Positions 21,101-29,544 of a DNA stretch of 64,000 bases are shown here, one piece after another (the stretch's first letter is position 1; each line of letters begins with the position of its first letter). Both the position numbers and the translations under genes were made by a program. The DNA is taken from contig JBAYFP010000001.1 in assembly GCA_041667145.1 (NCBI GenBank), positions 121,056-185,055 of the forward strand. The letters are read 5' to 3'. The notes under the pieces are model-generated. The model had not been told where the DNA came from. It searched no databases and was given only the letters and a program-made list of their open reading frames with translations. The DNA comes from Minisyncoccota bacterium (lineage in GTDB: Bacteria > Patescibacteriota > Minisyncoccia > Phycocordibacterales > UBA9973).

Positions 21101-24067
21101 GTTCGAGCAAATGGATTTCAGGATTATGATGAAGGTGGTGGAGGGACTGTTTTAAAAGCTCCAAAAGTAGAAAATGTTGTTCCGATTCAGGGATCAGATA
21201 AAAATGTGACAGTTAATTATCTTTTAACTGATACTTCATTATCAAAAAAGATTGATCTATTTTATGAAGGATATTTATTCTACAATATAGGAATTACATT
21301 ACCTGAAGATTCTTTTTCTGAATCTGAAGATACCTTAACACTTTCTGATACATCAAAATTAAAATCCTCTGGTTATATTTTAGTTAATAATGAAGTTATA
21401 AAATATACCTCTATAAGTGGAAATGTTTTAGAAGGTTTGACACGAGGTACTTGGCCTAATTTATCTACTTCTGGTAGAACGACTAGAACAAATTCTACTT
21501 TCTCTACAGGAGCTCCTGTTTGGATATTTGCAAATAATACTATCCCTATAGCTATAAATAGTAATTCCTCAATAATTTCTGGAGAAGCAGAATCAATAGT
21601 ATGGAATACAGAGGATGAAACAGGGTTAAAAGGTAATGTCTTTTCTAAAGTAGAATTCAAGGTATTAATTCATGACAATCAAACTTCTTCTCTAGGACCT
21701 ATATCCAGTCAGAATGATTCTTCCCAAGATGGAATTTTAAGTATTCTAGATCTTAGTGATACTGTTATTGAACCTACTGTCAAATCTACCAGTGCTGTTA
21801 TCACTTGGAATACTGATGATTATTCTGATTCTCTTATAGAATATGGAACGACTGAAGGTGTATATAATTTATCAAAAAGTAATTCAGATAGAGTTACGAG
21901 TCATCGTATTTATCTAAGTAATTTATTACCAAGTACGACTTATTTCTATAAAACAACTTCTACGAATGAATTGAGTGAAGCTATTACTTCTACGGGTCAA
22001 TTTACGACAAGTCCTAGTCCTGTGGTGACTAGTGTAAGTGTTCAAAGTGTGACTGATACAACTGCTGTAATAACATGGACCACAGCTGATGTTGTTTCAA
22101 GTTCTTATGTCGTATATTCGACTAATTCAGATTTAAGTGGCTCTATTACTGTCAATGATGATGAACTTGTGACAGATCACACAGTAACTTTAAGTGGACT
22201 TACACCAGAAAGGAATTATTATTTTAAAGTTTATTCTGTTGATGCTAATGAATATATTGGAGAAAAAACAGACAATCCTGATCCAGATACAAGTACTGAA
22301 GAAATATATTTTATGTTTACTACTGGATTAGATGAAACTGCTCCAATTATTTCTAATATTCAAATACCAATCATTACATATTCTGGAGTGGCAATAATAT
22401 GGACGACAAATGAGCAAGCCGATGGGCGGATAGGTTATAGTACAGAGAGCGTAGAAGATGGTGGGTCATACACTTATACTGATGTTGTCCCATTGTCTGG
22501 AGCATTAGTCACTAATCATGTCGCTACTATTGAAGATTTGAGGAAAACTACTAAATATTATTATGTAGTCGAATCTACAGATACACAGGGGAATACTGCT
22601 ACCTCTGATGAAGGGAATTTTACGACTGATAGACAACTAACAACTGGAGGGGGTAATGTTATAGGAGTTCTACAAGAGATCTATGATGCATTAATGAAAG
22701 AAAATGAAGAAAATAAGGCTAGATTAAAGAATCAGAGTTCTGATATTCCTGTTATATCAAATGTTGATATTGTAGATGTGAATGCCTTTGGAGCAACGAT
22801 CAGTTTCAATACAGATAAAGAAACTGTGGGGGGTGTCGATTATGGGAAAGATACAAAATATGGTAAAAATGAAGGTGATTTTATTTGGAGCACTACTCAT
22901 AAAATAGTTCTCAATGGTCTTACTATGGGTACTGATTATAATTTTAAGATAAAAGTTATCGATAGATATAGTAATATTGGTACTGGAGACAATCAGACTT
23001 TTAAAACGAAATTCTTAACTGAAAAACTCGCTGAACTTCAGAAGATAGAAAATATTGAGCAATTTCAAAAAGAAATAGAAGCCACAATTGAATCGATTTT
23101 GCCTTCGCTTGTGCCTCCTTTTATTGACCTACCGGCTATAACTAATATTACTGAAAATACTGCCACTATTACCTTCAAGACAAATATAAAAACATATCCA
23201 GTAGTAAATTATAGTTCCGATGCTACTTATGACATTACAAAAGAAAATCCATATGAAGGGGAAATAACGGATACAACTGAAAAAAGCTTAGACCATACGT
23301 TATCTCTTATTGGATTGAAACCTAATACAAAATATCACGTGATGGCGAAGGCGTACTCTCTTCCTCAAGTCATAGGTAAATCAGTAGATGTAACTTTTAC
23401 AACTAAACCATCGAAAATAAAAGCAACGATTACGGAACGTAAAAATGATTCGTTTACAATAGTATGGGTTACTGATGGCCCTACTTCTTCAATAGTAGAA
23501 TACAAAGATTTGAAAACAAATAAAACAGGAAGAATATCTGATGACGCAAAAAATACTTCACATTCTGTAAAAATAGAAAATCTTACCCCTGGTACCTCAT
23601 ACACGGTAGATGTTTCAGGATACAATGATATAGGCAATCTAGTAGAGGGATCTGAGACTCTAACAGTAAATACACTTACAGATACTGTTCCTCCGGTCAT
23701 CTCTAATTTTAAACTTGATAGTGCATTAGTATTAGGACGTACTGATAAGACTCAGACGATAGTATCATGGACTACAGATGAGCCATCCACCTCTATTGTT
23801 TATTATGAAGAAGGTTCTGGGTCACCTGATAAAGCACTTGCCAATAAACAAGAAAATAGCGAGCTATCAATAAACCATGTCATTATCTTGACTACATTAA
23901 GACCGGGTACAGTTTATAGATTCCAGATAGCTTCGAGAGACAATGCTAATAATATCAATACGCTTCCTATTCGAACCATCATCACACCAAGACCAAATGA
24001 ATCCATTGTTGACATAATCTTCAAGAATTTTGACGAGACGTTTAATTTCTTGAAAAATGTGCAGTAA
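15197..24067 (+). CDS. Giant (2956 aa) secreted/surface protein: beta-propeller repeats, Ig-like domains, FN3-like repeats
   Basis: Basic N-terminus plus hydrophobic segment ending VLA; SVAYGNGVFVAVG and SxDxGxTW repeats; DAAGN and DTTAP Ig motifs; ITWTTDE...L.P.T.Y FN3 motifs. Confidence 0.88.
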   Translation: MKFTVFSRKKIPHKVGGFSRVIRLKIKLRFEKLRKKKFEESIVRIIKEKMLMRKEEIKKMIKIIKENIMPKKMINTKNILVSFFIFSFSFSFLYNPNQVLAVAPTVNITYSSNPVKAGTQRISVTYSSQPASTPTIGINQLGTTDIPNGTAMVPPYSDINAPGVTWSNPLSSNIGSAGGYWNSIAYGNDIFVAVSNYGSGNKVATSSDYGVTWIPRTPAESNNWESVTFGNGIFVAVSSNGNHRVMTSDNGINWFPQNVTEDYDWQSVTYDNDHGVFVAVADSGTHRAMTSSDGIIWEYKTTGSYSWNSVAYGNGVFVAVGNLGKIQKSTNSGDTWNDPQINSNSAYLYSVAYGNGVFVAVGASGTIRTSSDFGDTWQEQTSGTGLTISDVTFGNNTFVAVTNSSANLFLTSPDGLHWTSRTATAGATSIAYGTPTISGVETSMFVAVERTSSLGTNLITSTSRKLSFDAAHTYYYDYTVCAAGNSGTGACEGNYVDGTATVTLSDVKDLYGVSYTPSGTTFTIDTTESAPGTPDMTAGTDTGSSSTDNTTSDTTPDFTISCDTGATVTLYKDTTSSVGTGTCSSSTVTITSSTLSAGTYAMNAKQTDAAGNTSSASGNLSVTIDTTAPSVSTVTYSRSSIKQNDTLTITVNFNEALAITNPPQIAISGVNNLTATNMTEGYETCDRHPCAQVLSPSRWTYDFSIQSGNGSPTVTISAGQDAAGNIMTNASSPTSFSSFTVDNIAPTNQNTVFPTSISKKSSVTVTSPNIVSAGETGGSIWFAPSGTTTFTAGATMTTAGGTATTILAPLTAGSYKLFVRDAAGNTSLASTAILTVDNTAPTVALSYTSDPIKAGTQTITATYSKAITSIPNIRVDQYGTVPDDLLFHPMTNNDSGVNKVWKYDYTVHAATDSCPQGGTPPCYADGTAQVSLSSTTDVAGNTSGTPSSSTFIIDTAAPTNSISAPSVSSTSIGPVTYTVSYSGANTVSLANENITLIKTGTADGTVAVSGTGISSRTVTISSITGTGTLGISIAAGTASDTAGNTSLAMGASTTFDVSNVPLTVASISVDLASGSYKSGQAIITTVTFSKDVTSTGNATVTFDTGGTCTFTISNASSGSCTYTVGAGQNSSVLAVSSVTGTIKDAALNLLTATTPVMNISPTKTIVIDTTAPILSFTDDVAVGPTSSDTITASWVGTTTGQKKWMYDTDRICSPTSTDYTMTDSDSMDQITTTNNTKFICLYGADLAGNYSTLASTNDINIDASGPTVSISSPTSSPTNETITVNVLFDKSVSDFIYSDISVTNGTVSSASFSGSGMTYSFIVTPTANGVVGISIGSGVAHDTAGNTNSASNSISITYSNIGPTVILSSPSPYYINGSFDVVATFSEPVTGFTSADITINGGIGNSYVDGWADDGTTYEFSIVPDGGGIVTVDINGGVAVNAAQNGNIAATQLSRLNDTAPPTAYDIPTICSVEGNLCTTAGQNADPQEVYDVGMSTISSTAEDGDSGISNVQISINDTTANKWYNGTIFTTSGSEILLNTVFAYSENDGQTHWSYDFSSVPLITGDTYTIKVTVTDGVSNTNTASESFKFINSAPEVSNVVPLEDATGLVTVHYDVTDNESSQTTNYLFYSVGGNGVDAGLASDATSLNLSDATYFPNSGIILIDNEMISYTSKSGATLLGLTRGILNTIPVAHEDSATVYIKASSATGGGIGLSDVGTNKTITWQASSDANGYEYDVSFIKVVANDGGVANMVGSATNEEGFILDAKAPTATVTFDAGVGGETNSGVITIPMPEDISAVEYKITDVNNLSTNADSGVWKSITTSTTLPWTFDSNIIARSLKYQFRDAYGNIGSEITTSTQDPIPTKLFTVTDTSNVSSTPAYHQMHMDWQAVSSSGFSSYKLEYKTSRNNINYIGNGYTSISSTALNNVSTDSYDDKSLTPDNFYKYRIGIIGTNGNVSMRSDTILVRANGFQDYDEGGGGTVLKAPKVENVVPIQGSDKNVTVNYLLTDTSLSKKIDLFYEGYLFYNIGITLPEDSFSESEDTLTLSDTSKLKSSGYILVNNEVIKYTSISGNVLEGLTRGTWPNLSTSGRTTRTNSTFSTGAPVWIFANNTIPIAINSNSSIISGEAESIVWNTEDETGLKGNVFSKVEFKVLIHDNQTSSLGPISSQNDSSQDGILSILDLSDTVIEPTVKSTSAVITWNTDDYSDSLIEYGTTEGVYNLSKSNSDRVTSHRIYLSNLLPSTTYFYKTTSTNELSEAITSTGQFTTSPSPVVTSVSVQSVTDTTAVITWTTADVVSSSYVVYSTNSDLSGSITVNDDELVTDHTVTLSGLTPERNYYFKVYSVDANEYIGEKTDNPDPDTSTEEIYFMFTTGLDETAPIISNIQIPIITYSGVAIIWTTNEQADGRIGYSTESVEDGGSYTYTDVVPLSGALVTNHVATIEDLRKTTKYYYVVESTDTQGNTATSDEGNFTTDRQLTTGGGNVIGVLQEIYDALMKENEENKARLKNQSSDIPVISNVDIVDVNAFGATISFNTDKETVGGVDYGKDTKYGKNEGDFIWSTTHKIVLNGLTMGTDYNFKIKVIDRYSNIGTGDNQTFKTKFLTEKLAELQKIENIEQFQKEIEATIESILPSLVPPFIDLPAITNITENTATITFKTNIKTYPVVNYSSDATYDITKENPYEGEITDTTEKSLDHTLSLIGLKPNTKYHVMAKAYSLPQVIGKSVDVTFTTKPSKIKATITERKNDSFTIVWVTDGPTSSIVEYKDLKTNKTGRISDDAKNTSHSVKIENLTPGTSYTVDVSGYNDIGNLVEGSETLTVNTLTDTVPPVISNFKLDSALVLGRTDKTQTIVSWTTDEPSTSIVYYEEGSGSPDKALANKQENSELSINHVIILTTLRPGTVYRFQIASRDNANNINTLPIRTIITPRPNESIVDIIFKNFDETFNFLKNVQ

Positions 24068-24126
24068 TATCTAAAAGTCGAGATAAAACAAGATTATTAA
24101 TTAAGTTAAATATTTAAAAGGTAAAA

Positions 24127-24576
24127 ATGGAAGAAGAAAAAAAGAAAAGAAAAATATTGTTGGTGGATGATGATGAAATGATGCGTATATTTTTCCGTGA
24201 TATTTTTTGGATGCATGGAAAATGTGATGCTTATGATGTAGAGATGGCTTCTTCCTTAGAGGAGGCTGAAAAAATAATAGAAGATGAGAAAACGAGACCA
24301 GACATAATGTTTTTAGATATTTTCTTATCTTCTACAAAAAAGAAAGGGAATGTTTCTACAGAACAAGTAAATCGTTCTTTGGAATTTATCGGTAAAATAA
24401 AAGAAAGTAAAGTTTTTTCCAATATAAATATTATTATTTATTCTGGACAAAAATATCAAGCATTAGAAGAAGCAGTAATGAAACTAGGTGTAGACGGATA
24501 TTTAATAAAGGGTGAACTTATGCCTAAAGAGATAATTTCTTTTACAGATCAAATACATGGAACAACCAATCATTAA
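24127..24576 (+). CDS. Stand-alone response regulator receiver
   Basis: ILLVDDD, PDIMFLD, GVDGYLIKG. Confidence 0.9.
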   Translation: MEEEKKKRKILLVDDDEMMRIFFRDIFWMHGKCDAYDVEMASSLEEAEKIIEDEKTRPDIMFLDIFLSSTKKKGNVSTEQVNRSLEFIGKIKESKVFSNINIIIYSGQKYQALEEAVMKLGVDGYLIKGELMPKEIISFTDQIHGTTNH

Positions 24577-25954
24577 ATTAAACAATGTAAGTCTTTGGTA
24601 TGAAAAAGGAAAAACGACTGAACTAAAAGCTTTAAAAAACATTACCATTGAAATAAAGAAAGGAGATTATGTCGCCTTTTTCGGTCCGTCTGGTTGTGGT
24701 AAAACGACCATACTTTATGCTATTTCCGGTATTGATCGTTTCCAGGAAGGATCAATTTTAATTAATGGCAGAGATATATCTCCACTTACAAACCAAGAAC
24801 TCGCCATATTTAGACAAACCGGTATAGGAATAGTCTTTCAACAGTTCAATTTAGTTCCTTCTTTAACTGTATTAAAAAATGTTGCGTTACCGATGCTTTT
24901 TGTAGGTATATCATCTGAAAAAGCTGATAAAGAAGCATTAAAATTACTAAAACGTTTGGATCTTCTCGATTTACAGGATCGTTTTCCCTCAGAGCTTTCA
25001 GGAGGACAACAACAAAGAGTAGGTATCGCTCGTGCTCTTGCGAATGATCCGCCGATAATTATTGCCGATGAGCCATTGGGTAACCTAGACTCTATAAACG
25101 CTAAAAAAGTTTTGGAATTCTTAAAGGAATTAAACGAAAAAGATGGACGAACTATCATAATGGTGACGCATGAGGCTTGGAGTCTTCGTGACGTTAAAAC
25201 TATTTACCATATGAAAGATGGTACTATTACGGAGATAGAAAAAACTACTCCAGAGACGATAGCACAATCTATCGCTAGTCGTTTGAATAAACAATTATCT
25301 TCTTCGAATGGAGAAGATAAAGGAAAAGATTCTAAAGGAGGGGATGCAAATGCAGAAAGTATTTCTGCACACTTACTTGCAAACTTTTTATTACGCGGAT
25401 ATTCACTAGATGAAATAAGTCGTTTTGAATTATTTGTAAATGAACGATTTTCTAATAAAATTGATAAGAAAGAATTTCATGAATTGATAAATAAACCATT
25501 TAAGGATGGTGGAGTAGGTTTGTGGAAAAAGAAAGCAGAACGAGTGACAGAATATTTAGAAGAAGTTATAGATAAAAAACATAGTATTAGCAGTATTTGT
25601 GAACTTATAGAAAAAACTCCTGAAGCAGCTATTTTTGATGAAATTAAAAATGTTCGACAATGGCTTATTGAAGGATATACTGGCGAATTAAATGCTTCGC
25701 AAATTTTAGCACTTGATCAAGTTATTTCCGATAGGATTAGAAATTATATTTCGAGAGAAAAAGTTGTTCAACTATTAGATCTCTCTAGTAATAAATTTGG
25801 CGTAGGACTTTCTTTTAGGGCAGCACAAATTTTAGCAGAGAAATTAGAGTTGTTATTAGAAGGCGTTCCAAATGATAAAATTAATGTTAATATAAGTGGG
25901 GAGAAAGAAATCAGTAAAGATACAGACGCAACTAATTTTCTAAAAAAATTATAA
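24557..25954 (+). CDS. MacB/LolD-type ABC ATPase with long C-terminal extension
   Basis: GPSGCGKT, LSGGQQQR, ADEP, VTHE, then about 230 extra aa. Confidence 0.9.
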   Translation: MEQPIIKLNNVSLWYEKGKTTELKALKNITIEIKKGDYVAFFGPSGCGKTTILYAISGIDRFQEGSILINGRDISPLTNQELAIFRQTGIGIVFQQFNLVPSLTVLKNVALPMLFVGISSEKADKEALKLLKRLDLLDLQDRFPSELSGGQQQRVGIARALANDPPIIIADEPLGNLDSINAKKVLEFLKELNEKDGRTIIMVTHEAWSLRDVKTIYHMKDGTITEIEKTTPETIAQSIASRLNKQLSSSNGEDKGKDSKGGDANAESISAHLLANFLLRGYSLDEISRFELFVNERFSNKIDKKEFHELINKPFKDGGVGLWKKKAERVTEYLEEVIDKKHSISSICELIEKTPEAAIFDEIKNVRQWLIEGYTGELNASQILALDQVISDRIRNYISREKVVQLLDLSSNKFGVGLSFRAAQILAEKLELLLEGVPNDKINVNISGEKEISKDTDATNFLKKL

Positions 25955-25963
25955 TTTAATAAC

Positions 25964-27172
25964 ATGTTTAATAAACAATTAAAATTTCATGAGCTAGTGA
26001 CGCTTTCTCTTAGGTCTTTCCGTACTAAACCGCAGAGAGCTTTTTTAACTATTATTGGCATGTCTATTGGTATTGCTGCAGTGTTATTGTTGGTTTCTCT
26101 CGGGTATGGACTCCAATATATATTGATTGGTAAATTAATGACGACTGAAGATTCATTGATAACAATGGAAATATCATATCCGACTGAAAGTAATATGTTA
26201 ATCAAAAAATCTGTTTTAGATAATTTAAAAACTTATCCAGATATTGCTGAAGTGAGCCCAATCGCTGAATTTCCAGGTGAAATTAGTACCCCTGGTACCT
26301 CAAGCCTTTTAATTAATACACTTATCGTTGATCCTGCTTATTTTAGACTTACTGGATTAACACCCAATATTGGAAAAACTATAGGAGAAGGTACAGGTGT
26401 GGTGGTTTCAAATCAAACGTTAACAGCGTTGGGTCTAGTAGCAGATCAGGTATCTTTAAATAAAATATTTGATCTAAAAGTTTCTTATCCTAGTGAAGAT
26501 ATAAACTTTACTGAAAAAATAATCTCCTCTATACCAGTTCCGCTTAAAGGGATTATAGTAGACGATACTATGGCTCCGACTGCCATAGTATATGCAGATG
26601 CATTTTCTGAAACACCCCCGTCTTATCGTAGGGCACTCGTTAAGGCAAAAAATGTAGATATATTAGAAAGTCTTCGTGATAAATTGATTAGTGAAGGATT
26701 TTTAGTGTCAGCACGTATTGATCTAGTTACTCAAGCTCGTAAAATTACGAATATTATTACTATGATATTAGGAGTTTTTGGTGTGACAGCACTTGTCGTT
26801 TCAGCAATTGGAATGTTCAATACTATGCTTGTAGGTTTTCTGGAACGTATTTATGAAGTTGGAATTTTGAAATCCTTAGGTGCTACAGATTATGATGTAC
26901 GTAATCTTTTCTTAGTGGAAGCTTCGTTTATGGGTTTCCTTGGTGGATTGGGTGGTATCATCATAGGTATTGGTGGAGGTAAGATTCTCAATCTTTTGCT
27001 GAGTCTTTTATCGACAAGATTTGGTGGAAATGCCATAGAACTTTTTATAATTCCTTGGTGGTTTGTTTTTCTTATTTTAGTTGTTTCAGTGATAATAGGT
27101 TTCTTTTCTGGCTGGTGGCCAGCACATCGGGCAGCGGGTCTTTCTCCTAAGGAAGCTTTTACAAAGAGATAA
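25964..27172 (+). CDS. MacB/FtsX-family ABC permease
   Basis: LTIIGMSIG, ERIYEVGILKSLGA, PAHRAA. Confidence 0.9.
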   Translation: MFNKQLKFHELVTLSLRSFRTKPQRAFLTIIGMSIGIAAVLLLVSLGYGLQYILIGKLMTTEDSLITMEISYPTESNMLIKKSVLDNLKTYPDIAEVSPIAEFPGEISTPGTSSLLINTLIVDPAYFRLTGLTPNIGKTIGEGTGVVVSNQTLTALGLVADQVSLNKIFDLKVSYPSEDINFTEKIISSIPVPLKGIIVDDTMAPTAIVYADAFSETPPSYRRALVKAKNVDILESLRDKLISEGFLVSARIDLVTQARKITNIITMILGVFGVTALVVSAIGMFNTMLVGFLERIYEVGILKSLGATDYDVRNLFLVEASFMGFLGGLGGIIIGIGGGKILNLLLSLLSTRFGGNAIELFIIPWWFVFLILVVSVIIGFFSGWWPAHRAAGLSPKEAFTKR

Positions 27173-28019
27173 TTTTATTTAGATTAATTTTTTTGGATGC
27201 GTCAAACCATTTTATTTCTTTGTCTCGTTTAAACCAAGTCATTTGTCTTTTTGTATATTTTATAGTTTCTTTTACTACTTTTTCATAAGTAGGGGAGTCG
27301 TATTCAAAACCTAATTCTTTTAATCTTTTTTGAGATATTCCAGATTTTTTTAGTTTTTTTATTTCATTTAATAGTCCCACTTTAAACATTTCTTTAACTC
27401 TTTTTTCTATTCTATTTTTTAATTTATCTTGTGGTAGATACAAGCCAATCTTAATAAACTTATACGGAGGCGTTGCCTCCGTGGTTCGGGGAGTTTTACC
27501 TATAGATTTTGCTATTTCGATTGCTCTGATTAGTCTTACTTTATTATTTAGTTCGTTTTTTACTTTGATATCCTTTGCTCTATTTTTATCAAGTTTTTTT
27601 AATATTTTAAAAAGTTCCAGTACTGATTTTTTTTCAAGAAATTTTCTTAGTTTTTGATTTGGTAAAACTTCAGGGAAAATTATTCCTTTTGTCACAGCAT
27701 CAATATAAAATCCAGTACCTCCACAAATTATTGGAATTTTACCTCTTTTTACTATCTCAGCTATAGCGTAGATAGCTTTTTTTTGATATTTAACAACTGT
27801 AAATTTATTTTTTGGATTTTCTACATCAAGTAGATGATGAGGAATACCTTGCATTTCTTTTATTGTAATTTTACCAGTTCCTATATTTAAGCTTTTATAA
27901 ACTTGCCTAGAATCAGCAGAAATGATTTCGCCGTCAATTTTTTGGGCAATTTTAACAGCTAAATCACTCTTTCCAGTGGCTGTGGGTCCTAATATGACAA
28001 TAATCTTAGATTTTTGCAT
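27159..28019 (-). CDS. miaA: tRNA dimethylallyltransferase
   Basis: GPTATGKS, SADSRQVY, GGTGFY, KRQMTWF. Confidence 0.97.
   Translation of the reverse strand: MQKSKIIVILGPTATGKSDLAVKIAQKIDGEIISADSRQVYKSLNIGTGKITIKEMQGIPHHLLDVENPKNKFTVVKYQKKAIYAIAEIVKRGKIPIICGGTGFYIDAVTKGIIFPEVLPNQKLRKFLEKKSVLELFKILKKLDKNRAKDIKVKNELNNKVRLIRAIEIAKSIGKTPRTTEATPPYKFIKIGLYLPQDKLKNRIEKRVKEMFKVGLLNEIKKLKKSGISQKRLKELGFEYDSPTYEKVVKETIKYTKRQMTWFKRDKEIKWFDASKKINLNKIISL
27464..27482. repeat. Family D single unit in frame in miaA (TEATPP)
   Basis: ACGGAGGC-GTT-GCCTCCGT, perfect 8-bp hairpin in a very AT-rich gene. Confidence 0.7.
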
Positions 28020-28026
28020 CTACTTG

Positions 28027-29358
28027 TTATTTTAGTATTTCAATATCTGCTCCAATAGAATTCAAACGCTTAGCTATCTCTTCATAACCACGATTTATCA
28101 TGTATACATTGCGTAAAATTGATGTACCTGGGGCAGCAAGCATAGAAATGAGGATTACCATAGACGGCCTGAGAGCAGGTGGGCAAACTACCTGTGCAGG
28201 TCGTAATTTAGTTCCTCCAGTTATATAGACTCTATGTGGATCTGCCAATGAAATATTTGCTCCTAGTCTGTTTAATTCAGTAAAATATATGGCGCGGTTT
28301 TCATATACCCAATCATGGATCATTGTTTGACCTTTTGCTCGAATAGCTATAGGTACAAAAAATGGAAGATTGTCTATATTTATTCCGGGATATGGGTTGG
28401 AATGTATTTTATCAGCAAGTGCTTTTAATTTACTTGGAAAAATTTCTATATCTGCAAGCTTCGTGCGTCCATTGTAGGAATAATATTTTTTGAGAATTTT
28501 AAATTTTAAATTCATTCTTTTTAGCTTTTCGAGTTCAAGTGAAAGAAAATCAATCGGGCAACGAGTTATTGTAAGTTTAGAATCTGTGATGATACATGCT
28601 GAAATAAACATCATTGATTCTATAGGGTCTTCGCTATTCCAGTATTCAACATCTTTATTTATCTCTTTTATTCCATGAACTGTTAAGGTAGAGGTGCCTA
28701 TACCATCGATTTTTACTCCTAATTTTTCAAGGAAAAAACATACTTCTTGAACCATATAGTTTGCACTGGCAAAAGATATGATAGTTTTACCTTCTATCAA
28801 AGCAGATGCAGTCAAGACATTTTCACAAGCAGTATCTCCTGATTCATACATAACTATCTCAGATGGTTTTAACTTAGGCGATTTTATTTCATAACTTGCA
28901 GTGGTTGTTTTGATTTTTACTCCAAGTTTTTCTAAGGCATAAGTATGGGCAGCGATAGTACGTTTCCCTAGGTTACATCCTTCGGCGTGCGGTAATGAAA
29001 ACGATTTTAAGAAGTGAATCATTGGCCCCATCAACATTACGATAGAACGTGTTTTAATTGCTGATTCAACATTTATATTTTTTAAATTAAATATTCTAGG
29101 TGGAGTAATGAACACGGTATTTTGATCTTTCCACTCTATTTTAGTACCAATACTTTCCATGATTTCAATAACTCTATACACTTCTTCAATACGAGCGATA
29201 CCATGTAGTGTCGTTGTGCCTTTATTAAGAAGTGAAGCACAAAGAAGACCAACAGAACCATTTTTAGAAAAGTTTGTTTTAATAGTTCCACTTAACTTTT
29301 TTCCACCATTTACCTTGAAATCAAGTACAGTATTATCAATTTTTTTGTCTTTTTTCAT
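28027..29358 (-). CDS. murA: UDP-N-acetylglucosamine enolpyruvyl transferase
   Basis: SKN, GCNLGKR loop, PYPG, YENR, INRGYE. Confidence 0.93.
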   Translation of the reverse strand: MKKDKKIDNTVLDFKVNGGKKLSGTIKTNFSKNGSVGLLCASLLNKGTTTLHGIARIEEVYRVIEIMESIGTKIEWKDQNTVFITPPRIFNLKNINVESAIKTRSIVMLMGPMIHFLKSFSLPHAEGCNLGKRTIAAHTYALEKLGVKIKTTTASYEIKSPKLKPSEIVMYESGDTACENVLTASALIEGKTIISFASANYMVQEVCFFLEKLGVKIDGIGTSTLTVHGIKEINKDVEYWNSEDPIESMMFISACIITDSKLTITRCPIDFLSLELEKLKRMNLKFKILKKYYSYNGRTKLADIEIFPSKLKALADKIHSNPYPGINIDNLPFFVPIAIRAKGQTMIHDWVYENRAIYFTELNRLGANISLADPHRVYITGGTKLRPAQVVCPPALRPSMVILISMLAAPGTSILRNVYMINRGYEEIAKRLNSIGADIEILK

Positions 29359-29369
29359 AAAATATTCTG

Positions 29370-29453
29370 TGCCCAGGGAGAGAATCGAACTCTCATGATG
29401 TTGCCATCAATAGATTTTGAGTCTATCGCGTCTACCAATTCCGCCACCTGGGC
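29370..29453 (-). tRNA. tRNA-Leu (CAA)
   Basis: GCCCAGG acceptor stem, GGCGGAATTGGTAGACGC D-arm, CT-CAA-AA, long variable arm. Confidence 0.95.
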
Positions 29454-29544
29454 AGTCTCTTATAAATTAGTAATTAACACATTTTACACAAAAAATGCAA
29501 TAAAATCAATTACTTAAATATTGTGTTTGTGTTAAAATAGATCC

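Noticed and set aside
14678-27172. Integrative island at tRNA-Trp
   Set aside because: No integrase and no duplicated tRNA 3' end seen; the last gene overlaps miaA directly
29454-29544. parS site or replication origin near parB
   Set aside because: No parS palindrome or DnaA-box cluster seen, and no adjacent parA
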